From contig OZ037766.1 in NCBI GenBank assembly GCA_964035545.1, positions 6,314,722 through 6,378,721 of the forward strand: DNA of 64,000 nucleotides, written 5' to 3'. Positions 25,201 through 38,623 of this stretch are shown here, piece by piece. A model generated the notes under the pieces. The model was not told the DNA's origin, made no database searches, and saw only the letters and a program-made list of their open reading frames with translations. This stretch comes from Bugula neritina (taxonomy: Eukaryota > Animalia > Bryozoa). Numbering within the stretch: position 1 is the stretch's first letter; the number at the start of each line of letters is the position of its first letter. Position numbers and translations under genes: made by a program.

Positions 25201-26012
25201 TCATCTTGATCTACGTTGTTTATTATTTTACAAAATTAAAAAAGACAGTGACAGGTAACTTTGTAGTCAGTTCTATGATTACACTGATGTTTGGACTAGT
25301 GTTTTACTGCCTCATCAATGAGACAAAATCTTTCATACCTTGTCGGATCATTGCTTCTTGTACACAATACTTCCTTATTGCTGTACACACTTGGACAAAT
25401 GCTGTTGGAATTTTAATGATAAAAGGCATTTCCTCTTTTAAACTTGCTAGTCAATCGAGCTGGAAAAAGTATGCTTATTATGCTGCATATGCTTGGCTCA
25501 CTCCACTCATATTTGTAATAATTGCCTACTCTCTTAATGCAGCTAAGCCCCACAATCTATATCCAGTGTTTTCTGACCAAATCTGCTTTATTGCTCGTGG
25601 GTGGATAAGACTATTAGTTTTCACTGGACCCATATATTTATTAGTAGTGATAAACATTACTATGTGCATTATAGCAAGTGTCATTGTAGTAAGGTCAGGA
25701 AATAAAATAGCTGTTGATGACAAGCAAAGAACTTTGAAGAAAGTGATTACAATTGTCAAACTCCAAGTAATTTTTGGATTTGAATGGTTTTTGCTTCTTT
25801 TTACTGAAATCAAAGGTCCTCACCAGACTGGCTTATGGATTGCTCTCAATGTGTTTATGACATTACAAGGAGTACTAGCAGTGCTGGCCCAGTTGGTTAC
25901 TTCTGCAAACATTAGAAAAGGCAAGAAATGGTTTAATTCAAAAGTTAGAAATCATAGTCCTAAGAATTCACAAAGTGCCTCAAACAAAACTGTTGAAACT
26001 GAGTTTCACTAA
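18845..26012 (+). CDS. Gene C: intact SMB/cysteine-module class-B-like GPCR, ~1340 aa
   Basis: Exons 18845-19250, 19561-19825, 20910-21989, 22747-22935, 23930-26012 = 4023 nt, in frame, GT-AG introns. Confidence 0.92.
19561..19825 (+). CDS. Gene C exon 2
   Basis: tttgtag|AT CTA ... AAA GA|gtgagt. Confidence 0.9.
20910..21989 (+). CDS. Gene C exon 3
   Basis: ctgtag|A TCC TGC ... TTA AG|gtaatt. Confidence 0.9.
22295..22637. mobile_element. PIF/Harbinger-type (Tourist-like) MITE in gene C intron 3
   Basis: ~68-bp TIRs GCCTAGGGCCACAC.GTGCGTATTTTCGCATGCGAAAATT...; TTA TSD; empty site aagacTTActca in gene F intron 3. Confidence 0.88.
22747..22935 (+). CDS. Gene C exon 4
   Basis: ttacag|G TAT TCC ... 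AGC AA|gtgagc. Confidence 0.9.
23930..26012 (+). CDS. Gene C exon 5 (module 4, stalk, 7TM)
   Basis: ttgcag|A TGC AAG GTA; continuous with ORF 24054..26012. Confidence 0.92.
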
Positions 26013-26842
26013 TTAACAGATACTTTGTTTTAGTAAATATTTTTTAAATTATTCATGCTTGTACTGCTTTGTATACAATGAGAAATGTTTTACAATGAGT
26101 GCCCGATTTAAATTAACTCTTTGATCATTGCGGTTTTATGTTTATAAAACAAAAATATGATTGAAGTATCAACAAATATTTAATGTTTTAATATCTTGTT
26201 TGCATATAACAAAACAACAGTAGAATTGCAATTTAGTGGTTCAATGCTTTAATTTTACAGCTATCTAACTTATATATCAAAGTTACAATTTACAAATATA
26301 TATATAGGCGTGCCAGTTATTACCATTTTATTAACTATTAACTTAGGTACTTAAGATTTTATTGTCCGCTAGCATCTATATAGTCTGTTAATGAACAAAA
26401 GATAAACAGACTTTTTACTATAACAATCTTTTAACATTGTATAAAGCCATTTGTTTATTCATTTATGTTTATATCTATAATATATTGAAGGATTTATTTA
26501 ACTATAGTTGTTTATAGCCAGTTTAAATTACAGTAGTTTATAAATTATTTTTTCTTTCTGCAAAGCATAATATATTCTTGCACATTTTATATTATTTAAA
26601 TATTTATTATTGCTAATCATAGTTGGAAACTATCCTGGTTGTTATTATAGCTTATTTACAACTTTAATATATAGTTTGATCAAATATTTGCTTGATTCAC
26701 AATCTTACATATGTCAATAGAAATGATAAATATAAAACAATCATTAATAATTTGAAAATAGTTTTATAGCAGCAATCTTTCTCAATTTTATGTTACTATA
26801 AAACTTTCTACTTACAGTTTGGTTTATAATTGTTATAAACTC

Positions 26843-27055
26843 AACTCACACAAGGTAATAGTCTCTATCCTTGTGAGAAACTCCTGATGGAAAGGGTTTT
26901 TGGTAAAGGGGGCTAAGGACTTATTTAAATGAGGCACAGGAGCAATTATAACTAGATGCTCTTCCTAACATTACCAATGGCCTTTGTCCAGGCACAAACC
27001 CATGATCTCTTGTTTACTAGGCAAACACTCTAACCCCTAGACCACGGCTGCTCCC
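26843..27055 (-). mobile_element. tRNA-derived SINE-like element (diverged)
   Basis: Minus strand GGGAGCAGCCGTGGTCTAGGGG... similar to the 15458-15661 copy. Confidence 0.55.
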
Positions 27056-28475
27056 TGGTTTATGATTGTTATGCTGCATGTTTTATAATTACCTATGGAA
27101 TATGCAGATATTATTCAACGGCCATTTGGTTTTAAACCAACTCTTTTTCTCTTTTTTTCTTTCATATAAAAAACACCGCACAAAATCATGCATATCCTCA
27201 GATTTCTGACTTTCACAAATAAAAAGCTATCTTTCGATCAGTAGATGCTCGAGTAAATGAAGAATATAAATTCTTCTGCTTCTAGTGTAGCCTTCTTCAA
27301 ACAATCTTAACTCTTGCTTACCAAGAGAGCTGTACAAGAAGCATGTTGATATTGTATTATAAAGTAATGCCATAAGAATTTGCATTCATTGTCACTGGTA
27401 TTTGAGCATTGAGGTCACCTATAACATGAAGCAACTCTATTCTTTTGACCTGCTGGTAGACCAATTCTTGTATAAAAACACTTTCTAGTAGTTGTCATGG
27501 TAACATGACATTATACTTTCTTTCTGCAGATTGATCATACGTTATACTTTGTTCTACTTTGTTAAACCTTGAAACAATTTTATCTTGTTTCTGTTAGTAT
27601 TTTAATTTTTTTGTCAAATTAATAAAGATTAGCCATTAGTCTATATTGCAGCATCTATAAACAAATGGAGAGCTTCAGTAAGATACTTTACTAAGTTTAT
27701 TAGAGCAAAGTTTCCAGGCTAATTAAGTTTCAAAAAGCTTTTGCCTGATGACTTGATGCCTGATGTTTTAAGAGACAGACAAAATGTCTGCACAAAACTT
27801 CCAATGGTGATTTTCCCACAAATAATTAACTCTGTGTGGATATAGCAGAAACAGTTGTTCGATCTCGAGCCTAAATCAAGCAGACTGATATGTTTTCTGT
27901 TTGTCTTCAAACACACGCAACTATAAATTTATAAAAATATATTAATAAAAACAGAATTGCTGTTCTCTCTATTGTAAATTGATATATTGTGCCACCATAG
28001 CTTTCTATAATATTATACTAAAGTTCAGAATAGAGTAAAGCCTTGAATCATTGTTGTAAAACTAATAATTTTTCAAAATAAAATCTCTAGCATATAGCTG
28101 GTACGAGACTGCTGTTTGTGTATGTATTTCAGGACAAACATGGAAACTAATACCACCATATAATCTATTATCTCATCCACGAAAGTAGGAATGTGCACCT
28201 TAACAAACATTTTTACAGGTACTAGTATCATACCTGTTTTGTGTTGCAACGCATTACACTATGTATATTGTATTATATTGTATATTGTATTTTTTGGCTG
28301 GTACTTTAATTTCTTCTGTTGCAGAGACTATATGAGCTATACAACCTTATGTTGATCTGTTTTAAGACTCTTGAGGGTTTTTTAAATTATAACCCCTAGA
28401 CTATTATCTCTATATAAAGACTGAAGATTTGTCCCTATCAGTTTGTGATAATATCTAGAAAAAATGCCCCTACAA

Positions 28476-29029
28476 CATAAAAAGGGGTTGGCCAATTTTC
28501 GAGGGGGCATCATGAAATTTTAAATATGTAATTATTTAAGTAATTTAAGTTTAATATTCAAAACATTTTCTAGACATATTGCACACCTGTGAAACTATCT
28601 TGCAAAAATATTGAGTAAAATGGCAACTTTTCAAAACGGGGGGGGGAGATAACTCCAATTTTGACTTGTTTTAACTTTCAAAGCTGTGACAAAAGTTTTG
28701 TTGGTCGGAATGAACTAGAAACTGGTGGGAATTATAAGGAGACTATAGAGTGTCTGCATACCACAAATTAACATTCTAGATGCTATAAGAAAAAGTGGCG
28801 GCTTAGAGAATATCAGGTATATCCGAAAAAGCAATGCATCATGCCATAGGCTCCACCCACCTATCAAGTTTTAGTACTAATTTTTTGGAAGATAATTTCA
28901 TAGATGTGCAACATTTTTAGAAAATACTTTGAATATTAAGCTTAAATTACTCAAATAGTTACATACTTCAAATTTCATGATGCGTCCCAATGAAAATTGG
29001 CCAAACACTGTATATCCACCCCTTTTATG
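28476..29029. mobile_element. Foldback/MITE-like element with ~150-bp imperfect inverted repeats upstream of gene D
   Basis: ttggccaattttc..catcatgaaattt..aatattcaaa versus its reverse complement at 28870-29010; one end reads TA-CAGTGTTTGGCC (Tc1/mariner-like); near-identical copy upstream of F. Confidence 0.7.
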
Positions 29030-30123
29030 CAAGAACCTCACCAGATACAAAAAAGTTACTTGCATGTTTGAAATATCAGTAGAATGTTGGCATCGCAGTT
29101 ATATCTAGCAATAAAAGTTAGTGTTGGTATGCTCCACCCACCCATTTTTGCATGTTGGCACCCCCTTCTATCTTATGTAGAGCTGCAATGAACCAAACTA
29201 CAAGGCTATAAGGTTAGCATCACTGATGACACACTTCAGTGGTTACCATGGTTACATGAGATACTTCAAGTTAGAGGGTATTTTGTCTTCAATAATACAA
29301 TTGGCTGTCTAATAGATATTTACTACATGAAATAATCACTACAAGGCATTAGTAGTTTTCAGTCAACATTAATATAAGTTTGCTCAAGGTGAGAAAAAGT
29401 AGAGTCAAAATTATCATGTCAAGGACTAAGTTGAAGAGCTTTGCAGCTACAGTAGTACTTTTAGCTACTCTTATCAACAATATATTAGCATAGGATTATT
29501 TAACTAAGGTAATTTTAGAAAACTTCATGAAATTCAACGGAATACCAACAAAGATTCCTCTTAAATTATTATCAGAATCTAAAGATATTGAGAACATAGA
29601 ACTCGTGAATGGGACATGTTTTCAATACGGGGTGCACTCTTTCAACAGATGTAAGTACTATTCGGACTGCTGTCTTATGACCTCTGCTAAACCCATGGAG
29701 CAGTTGGCTTACAACACATTTTCATGTCATGATAACTTCTACATAGTAGATAAATGTCCCCAGGAAACTCCAAATAAAGAACTAAAGTCTTTATGTGAAG
29801 GTTTCAGCCCCACAGAGTCTGGTAAGCTTCTCATAGCTTACTAGCTATGCTATGTCACAACTAGACTACTAGCTCCTTGTCTCCTAATTATAAATGTAAG
29901 ATTTAGCAAATGTGGCTTTGACATCATGAGGGTTTGCTAGTTTGTGCTGCAGCTTAATAGTAATGTGCAATTGAAAGTATTCATTGACATGAGCTGCTGT
30001 TTTCTTCTGCCTCAGCCTTATAAATTTCTGAGTCAAAAGAAGAAGAGTAGTCCATATGTACTTTAAAAACTGTAATGCAAGTTTAGCAGAAACAACAGTT
30101 GTATATTATACCATTATTTGTAG

Positions 30124-30388
30124 ATCTATCACTGAAACGTTGGCCAGTACGAGGTCTAGTGAATCATCTCACATATAAGAATGTCTTCTGTGCCATGTGT
30201 AATGGTATTGATCCTCAGGCTAGTGTGCGATTATCGGACCAGTTATGGTTTGGTGATCCAAATAAGATAAATGATAGTGTGAGTACCATGGAATGGTGGC
30301 CAGCAAAGGTGGAGTGTAGTGCTGAGGCTATTGAAGACTATCTCTCTTCAGATACTGATCACAAAAGCCTAGTAACTCTAGTAAATGA
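30124..30388 (+). CDS. Gene D exon 2
   Basis: tttgtag|AT CTA ... AAT GA|gtgagt. Confidence 0.8.
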
Positions 30389-31401
30389 GTGAGTATTAAA
30401 GGATTGAGGTTAATAAACTTCAATATTATCACATTACAAGAAACTTCATAATGGTATTGCATACATTTCAACCATTCTTTTATTTCTTTCTCAACTCTTT
30501 CCTCTTTTCTCCCAACTTTCTTCATTGTTTGTTTCTTCCTCTTCTTCCCTCCCTCCTCTCCCTTCGTCTCTGCGTACGTCTCCGTCTGTTTTGCTCTCTT
30601 GCGGCTTGAGTAGTAGGTTGCAACTGTCACAAGAGCATAGCTTCTTTTGCAAAAACCGAGCTTGCATAAAAATGCACAGGTATTTTATCATTAGCTACTC
30701 TAATTCTGCACATGTATATGGTAATCTTATTCAGCTGTAATAATATCATCATGATGATTGATATAATTGTTTAAATTTGACATAAGGTTTATTTTCCTAA
30801 CTGTATATGTAAAGGCTGTGTCATAAAAGAGATGGTGGTATTTCTGCATCGTGTATAATGGGTTTGAAAAGTCATTTGCTAATTTTCAACCTATAAAAAT
30901 TATATAATTACCTTCGAACAATCGCCAGTGCTAAACAGCTTCTATAATCTTTAAAATTGCCTTGCTAAATTTAGAGGTAGTAGTTACAGTATGATAGCGT
31001 CACAGGGCTACTAGAGTCAGGGTATGATGTCATGCTTGTAGAACTTGCACACTATCATTAGAAGCTAAAAGACATTGCCAACAAATCCGCTAATGTAATA
31101 ATATCAATACCTGCAGTTTCAGCTGTCTAAAGGGTACACAATGCAGTCACTAGTTTTTAGAGTTTTTGAAACTTGATCAATGTTGTACAAGGGGTGTATT
31201 ATTTTTGAGGGTTTTACAATTTACCTTATGATAAAGCAAATTTACTTCACAGTGTGCTGTCATGAGAATTATATAATTATAAACTATTCGCACTCAATGA
31301 ATATGAATACAACTAGGCTAGTGATAATGTTTTAGTTTTATAATGTAGTTATAATTGTAGTAGGCTATTGCATAATATCTATAATGATCTTTACTCTGTA
31401 G

Positions 31402-32478
31402 ATCCTGCAAGACATTATACTTACCACCAGAGTCTCCAGATCTGTGTTGGGACGCTGTAAAGACGTGCCCTACTAACTCCAACAGAGAGTTAAAGACACT
31501 TTGTGAGAATGGACCTGTCAACTATATCAACGTCACAAACTTTAATCTTGTATATCGAAACCAGTTCTGTGCCTTGTGTCATGGTGTGGATCTTCTACTA
31601 ATGGACATTGATTCACCTCAACTGCCAAAAATGACTGCCTTAACCTTGGAATTGTTTTGGAACAAGAAAAGCAATAAACTTAGAATAAAACAAGATCAGT
31701 CATCACCAGACGACTCCAAAATGTTGGTGTTTGCAAGACCCACTATATTCAACTTGACAGACTTGTCTAATAACTTTACAACTTTCAAAAGTAATGTGGA
31801 CTTTAAATGCTCTTTTTCTGCAAATCTAACAGCAAGTTTTTGTAATGAACGTGTAGTACAGCTAAACAGTTTTCCTAGAACTAATACCATTACTGTGCCA
31901 GTGTGGAACTTGGGATCCATGGCTTGCTTTAGCAATGTGAGGAAGATATGTGACCGGTTTCTCATACCACAAGCTGTGAGTGAGGAGTCATGCACAGAAT
32001 CAGGGTGTGGATTTGGACATGTTTTTGACCCTGACACTTTGCAGTGCTACAATCTGAACACTTATGGCTCAGTCAGCAACATAGTTACAGACAATAGTGA
32101 CTTGCAGTGGCACTCACACTCAGTATGCGCCTATCAAAGTCAATGTAAAGCTGTAGAGTTGGGAATAAAGAAAGAGCATGAGTTGAATTGTTATTGCGAT
32201 AAACACTGTATGTACTTTAATGATTGCTGTGAAGATTCACCGTACCAACCTACCAAACAGACAGTCCTAGAAGATGGGACATTTTCCTGTGTGTATGACA
32301 GATCTGAGTTGAAAAGTGGGGCAGATACTGAAAGCTATTCATGGGGGATAATGCAGGTTGAAGCTTGTCCAAAATCGTATAACAACAGTGAAATAAAAGA
32401 TCTATGTGAAAATCCTCCTAAAGATCGAAAGTTGAGTTACCAAAACATCCCAGTCTCTTCTCTGAATAACGGTTTAAG
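31402..32478 (+). CDS. Gene D exon 3
   Basis: ctgtag|A TCC TGC ... TTA AG|gtatgt. Confidence 0.8.
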
Positions 32479-33018
32479 GTATGTTGGTTTTTTTATTATG
32501 AGATATATAGTAAAAATTCGAGCTTCATAGAAAGAGCAAATGCATTTTATCACCAAATGTTAATAGAATAAAAGCTCTGAGCAGGTTATTAATTTACTGA
32601 AGTCAAATTGTAAGCATTGCACAGAAAATTATGTTTTCCCACATATACTAATTATTGAGCACAGCAGAGAGGAAGATAGGGCAAAATAAATTAACAAACA
32701 CGGTATAGAACAAAATATTACATTTTAAAATATATCATATAAGAATTAACAGAGAGGGATTTTTGGCAATAAAACACTTCATATGTATTATTCATCAAAA
32801 TCAGAGTATTATAATTAGTGACAAGATATTTTATACAATGTTTTTAAAGTTCATTAATTGATTAAATGTGTCATCGTGTCATCTTATTAAAGATTCGAGT
32901 CAAAAATCAGTTTATTTGAATTGAACAAACCAACGTGAGTCATGACTCACTTGCAGTTAATTCTATGCAGATTTTTATCAAAATCGGTTACTTTAAAAGA
33001 TATTTATAATGTTTACAG

Positions 33019-33210
33019 ATATTCCAATGTATACTGTGCAATATGCAATGGCGTCAAAGATATCCGTTATTGGAGGGTAGATGTGGGCTGCATTCAAGTG
33101 GCTAATGACAAGTGCAATTATGCTTCAGAATCAGTCAGCCAAGAAATTCCTTTTCTTTCTAATAATATATTCCGGAAAAATCCAGCAGTAACAGAACTAA
33201 AACACAGAGA
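33019..33210 (+). CDS. Gene D exon 4
   Basis: ttacag|A TAT TCC ... AGA GA|gtgagt; one extra codon (192 nt). Confidence 0.8.
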
Positions 33211-33650
33211 GTGAGTTATTTTTAGATTGACATGATGAGTATAATATGATTTAATTGGTTTATACTGACAGGTCACAGCATACACATGTAGACTGTAGTA
33301 AAGTGAAAGTGTCTCTGGTCTAACAGGAACTGTGATTCTCCTACAACTAGCTTTGAATAACTTCATAATATGTAATAGCTGTTCTGACTGATTAACGTAA
33401 CAAGAAATCTTTTGAGTATTACTAGATTTTCCTCACAATCAGTTTTGTAATTTCTAGGCTAGAGAACTTTTTGAATTTTAATTTATGCTGCCACTCTATT
33501 TGTATAAAGATGATATAATTTGATGATTAAATGCAGACCAATAAGCTACTTAAAATGCATGTTGCCACTTGAATGCACTTGTTGTGAGTAGTTGTGAATA
33601 ATTGTTCTGTGACACTAGACTAAATGTTCTATTTTTGTCTATGATTGCAG

Positions 33651-35736
33651 ATGCAGAATAAAGCAATATTTACCTCCATTAGAGCTGGTAGATTCAGTAC
33701 GAAGGTGCAAATTTGATGCAGCAAACTATGTAGCTTCATGTCCTAAACATGCCGAAAATTGGAAAATAGCTGACATGTGTACGAATGGCCCCGCCTCCTT
33801 TGTATATGAGGGTGGAATATTGAGCAATTTAGTGATGAAATATTCTGATTTCTCAGTAGACAACATTGACCTTAGTTACCGGACAGATATCTTAAGTTAT
33901 GGCCAAAAGAATAAATATAGGAATAGCTACTGTGCAAGTTGTAATGGTGTGGCTTGGCTTGGATGTGAAGCAAAGCCAAATGTTATTGTTACTGGAACAT
34001 CAGAATATACATTTGATAGATGGTTAAGATACGAAAAGAATGCGATGAAGTTTTTATTTATTTATGAAATAGATTTGAATGAGCGAACATGCAACATGAA
34101 TTCGGATGCTGTGCTGCTATACAGCGATTTCAACACAACTCTAGACACTTGTCTAAACATAAGTCACCACCTTAAACAGTGTGATTGTCACAGCATATTA
34201 GACTTGGATTCAGAAAAATGCATCTCAACACCGTTTGTAAATGGAAAGTGCAGAGAAAACAGATTTGAACCTGAAACATTCAAAGTTACAAACCATGGAA
34301 TAAAACATTGTGGAGAAGACTTTGAATATTTTCCTTTGTCCACCAGAAGTGCAGTTGAGGAATGTGATAAGTGTTCCATAATAAGTGCAAGAGGTGATGA
34401 TTGTCATCCTAAGTATGAGCAATTCCCTAGTAGTCCTTACGAGTCTGTATGCTCTGTAAACAGTGTGCATTGTGCTGCAAATGATTTGATTAGATGTAAT
34501 GTATCTGATATAGAAGATTCCTATTGCACAAATAGAACTTTTGTTTCTGGCTCATCTTCTGCGATATCCACATTTCAATTTAGTACTATTCTAAATATTT
34601 CTCTGCCTAATTTCTTAGCAATTTCGTACGAACCAAAAAAGTTTGATTTTCGAGTTCAGCTGGAAAAGTTGACTTCACTTGGTGTAGAACTCCTGTCTTC
34701 AACATTTAATAATGACAGTTTAAACAGTCAGTGCGTAGAATACTCACTAACAAGTAATCAAAGTAGTTGGTTAATCTGCAGAAATGGTGAGCTACAGAGA
34801 ACCTCAGATCAAACTCATTACGATGACTACTTATTATGGAATGATGAGATACGAGTCTGCACTGAAACTGCTGTACCGGAATTTGTTCTCGCAACTCATG
34901 ACCGTGTCTTTTCTTTGGTACACGAGTACGTCTTTTCTTCTTTATCTATTTTGTTCATCTTAATCTACGTTATTTATTATTTTGCAAAATTAAAAAGGAC
35001 CCTGACAGGGGACTTTGTAGTAAGTTCTATGATAACAGTGATGTGTGCAATACTGTTTTACTGCCTCATCAAGAGGAAGTACTCTTTCATATTTTGCCGG
35101 ATCATTGCTTCCTTTGGTCAGTACTTCTTTATTGCTTTACACACCTGGACAAATGCTATTGGAATTTTAATGATAAAAGGCATTTCCTCTTTCAAACTTG
35201 CCAGTCAATCTAGCTGGAAAAAGTATGCTTATTATGCTGCATATGCCTGGCTCACCCCTCTCATATTTGTTATATTTGCCTACTATGTTGATGCAGCTAA
35301 GCCCCACAATCTATACCCAGTGTTTTCTGACCAATTTTGCTTTATTGCTCGTGGATGGATAAGACTATTAGTTGTCACTGGGCCCATATATTTATTAGTG
35401 TTGGTAAACATTACCATGTGCATTACAGCAAGTGTCATTGTAGTAAGGTCAGGAAATAAAATAGCAGTTGATTATAAGAAAAGAACTCTAAAAAAAGTGA
35501 TTACAATTGTTAAACTCCAAGTAATTTTTGGACTTGAATGGTTTCTGCTACTCTTTACTGAAATCAAAGGTCCGCACCAGACTGGCCTATGGATTGTTCT
35601 CAATGTCTTTGGAACATTACAAGGGGTCCTAGCAGTGCTAGCCCAGTTGGTTACTTCTGCAAACGTTAGAAAATTTTTGAAATGGTTTAATTCAAAGATT
35701 AGAAATCATAATCCAAAGAATTCACAGATTGCCTAA
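33651..35736 (+). CDS. Gene D exon 5 (module 4, stalk, 7TM)
   Basis: ttgcag|A TGC AGA; continuous with ORF 33775..35736. Confidence 0.85.
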
Positions 35737-36402
35737 AACAAAAATGTTGAAAATCAGCTTCAAAAATTAGCAGAGACTTTAGTGTGCACAAATATGTTTA
35801 AAATATGCATGCTTGTACTGCTTTGTATACAATAAGAATAATCTACAATGAATGCTCAATTTGTAATTAACTCTATATATGGTTTTTTGCAGTTTTGTGC
35901 ATGTTTATAAAACAACAATATGGTTGAAGTATTAACAAAACATATTCAATATTTTAGTATGTCGTTTGTGTGTAACAAAACAGCAGCAGAATTGTAATTC
36001 AGTGGGTATATTTTCTTTATATTAGTGAGTAACTCAATATTGTCTCTGCTTTAATTTTACAGTTTTCTACAGTATACTACAGTTTATAAAGATATACAGC
36101 AGCTATATAACCACATTATTGACTAATTATTTAGGTTCCCACTTAGTATTTTATTGTTTACCAAATTTTATATAGTTTGCCTTCAAACAAAAGGTAAACA
36201 TATTTTTTACTAGCAATTTTCTTTAACCTTATATAAATGTTTGTTCATTCATATTTATTTATATATTTATAAAATGAATGATTTATTTAAAAATAGTCTT
36301 TAACCAGTTTGAATTACAGTAGTTTATTCAATATGTTTCACTTTTCTGCAAGACGTAATATTATATTGTTGTATATTTTAAATTATATAAATATATAAAA
36401 AT

Positions 36403-36614
36403 GACTCATGCAAGTTTACAGTCACTATCTTTGCACATAGGAACCTTTGATGGAAGGGTTTTTTAATGAGAGTTAAGGAGTTATTCATCTATGTGGCACA
36501 GGAGTGAGTATGACTGGACGCTCTTCCTCATCACCAAATGCCTTTACTGGGGTTTGAACCCTTAACTTCGTGTTTGCGAAGCCAAACACTATTCCTTAGA
36601 CCACAGCCGCTCCC
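36403..36614 (-). mobile_element. tRNA-derived SINE-like element (duplicate of 15458-15661)
   Basis: Near-identical sequence and flanks to the copy downstream of gene B. Confidence 0.65.
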
Positions 36615-37111
36615 TAAATCATATAGATAGATAGTATTTTTGAATACAATTATAAGTTATCATGGTTGTTATAGCTCACCTAATCTTTTAATTGTCACTT
36701 TCATAAGCAATTTGAAAGATTTATTTCATATTACCATGGTAGCCACCAAAATGTGTCCTAATGAGCCATGGCTAGTCTATGTGCTGCTGTTTGTCTATAA
36801 TGTCATGGCTCAGCCACCTCAGTGATAATAAATTATTAAATCATATTGTGAAATACTTTATATAACTGAATATGTGGGTAAAGCATTAGAAAGTTGAGTC
36901 TAAATGTAACAGACTATCAATAGTACAAAACTCTTGCAAAGCACCACCAAGTATTACATATATAACTACTCATATGATTAATGCATGGAAATAGCTCTTT
37001 GCAGTATGCTGGCATTATCTCTGTGCATCTCTTCAGGATTCTGATTACAATATTAACTTGCATAGTATGTGCATTCTGTTGTTACTTTATCTTATATAAC
37101 AATAAAACCAA

Positions 37112-37114
<3 letters not shown>

Positions 37115-37146
<32 letters not shown>
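37115..37146. repeat. (TA)16 microsatellite
   Basis: Paralogous to the (TA)50 at 16173. Confidence 0.95.
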
Positions 37147-37148
<2 letters not shown>

Positions 37149-37840
37149 AGTTAGAGTATGAGTGCAGACAAACAAAATATTAAAAATCTAGTTGCAAAAT
37201 TTTCAGCAACAACCCAATAGAGATATATGATGGGACAGTTGTGTGTGTAGCACATATTCACAGCAGAGTAGAGTGATTTATTAACCCGTTGCAGCAGAGT
37301 GATTTATTTATTGAACTTTAACCTTTTGATCTACACACATAGTATTATTAAACGGCAGTACTTCTAATCCGTTCCAGTGCATAGCGTGTAGAAAAGGGAA
37401 CTCCTATAAGTGATTATCATAAATATGAAAGACAACTCTTAATTATGAACATGCATTAGCGTTGCTAATGCATTATTATATTGAGACTAAAATGGGGTAG
37501 CAGTTTATTGTACAAAGCAAAATATTTAGTAGTAACAGCAACAGCAGGAATATGCAATTTATTTGCATTTACTAGGTTGCACCTATTTGAGTCCCACACT
37601 ACATCAGACATGCGTCTTTTTAGAGCCATAGTTCAACAGGCCAGCTCAATTGTAAAATTTCATCCAATAAAAAGCTACCTTTCAAATATATAAATGAAGA
37701 GTATAAATTATTCTGCTTTTAGGGTAGTCTACTTCAAATAATCTTTACACATTCCTTGCCTAAAGAGCTATAAGAGAAGCTGTTATTGTACAGAGGAATA
37801 GGCTACCATAAGAATTTGCATTCATCTGTTACTGGTATTA

Positions 37841-38623
37841 TGGGGCTGCCACACTACAGTCGAAACGGCCATCTTGAACGCGTTTTCGAGGCTAAGCGAT
37901 GATCTCTGTGACGTCACAACTGTCTGATTTCTGAACGCAACTGTCAGTTTTTAGCGATGCGATGAAAGTTCGACATGTCGAACTGTCATCGCTGAAGTTG
38001 AGCGATCAGCCAATCACTGACTGGCCAGGTAAACCCTGATTGGTTAAGTGCTTTTACTTTTTCCACGTGCTACTAGGGAGCATTATTATTTGATTTGGTT
38101 CTTCGAAAATTATATTATTTTACTTTTAAAATAATTATGATGAAGTTATGTATGAAAGTTTCAATAAATCATGAAAATAAGTATTCATTAGATAAATTTT
38201 GCTGAATTTTATCTGCATATTTAGTTTTTCTAATTTGGTTGAATTTTATTAGCGTACTATTTAGTTCTTTAGGCTAGTGAATGAGCTTGAATAAAGCTAA
38301 GTAATATCATTAAATAAAGCTAGTAATTTTAAATAATTAAAGCTAGTAAATTAGAATAAAAATAACTAGAAAATCTTATTAAATTATGCTAGTAAATCTC
38401 AAAAAATTGCGCTAAATTTAATTGTTGGTTACTGTGGATACTGCAGAAACTGATTTATGGCATTCCTATTGGTTTAAAAGTTTACTGCGAGACTAGAGAC
38501 AGTTAGTGAACTGTAGTGAACTGTACTGTACCAGCAAAAAGTAGGACGTGACGTTGAAGGTATGCGCGAGCAGCTTCAAAATGGCCGCCACAGTCGAGTT
38601 TCGACTGTAGTGTGTCATGGTCA
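37841..38623. mobile_element. PIF/Harbinger-type non-autonomous element (783 bp)
   Basis: TIR core CACACTACAGTCGAAAC / GTTTCGACTGTAGTGTG; TTA TSD; empty site ggtaTTAgggcag at ~16961. Confidence 0.85.

Larger units (their letters stand above)
29416..35736 (+). pseudogene. Gene D: GPCR paralog with premature stop Q26* (otherwise intact, ~1341 codons)
   Basis: Exons 29416-29821, 30124-30388, 31402-32478, 33019-33210, 33651-35736. TAG at 29491-29493 where paralogs have CAG/CAA; remaining frame and splice sites intact. Confidence 0.8.
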
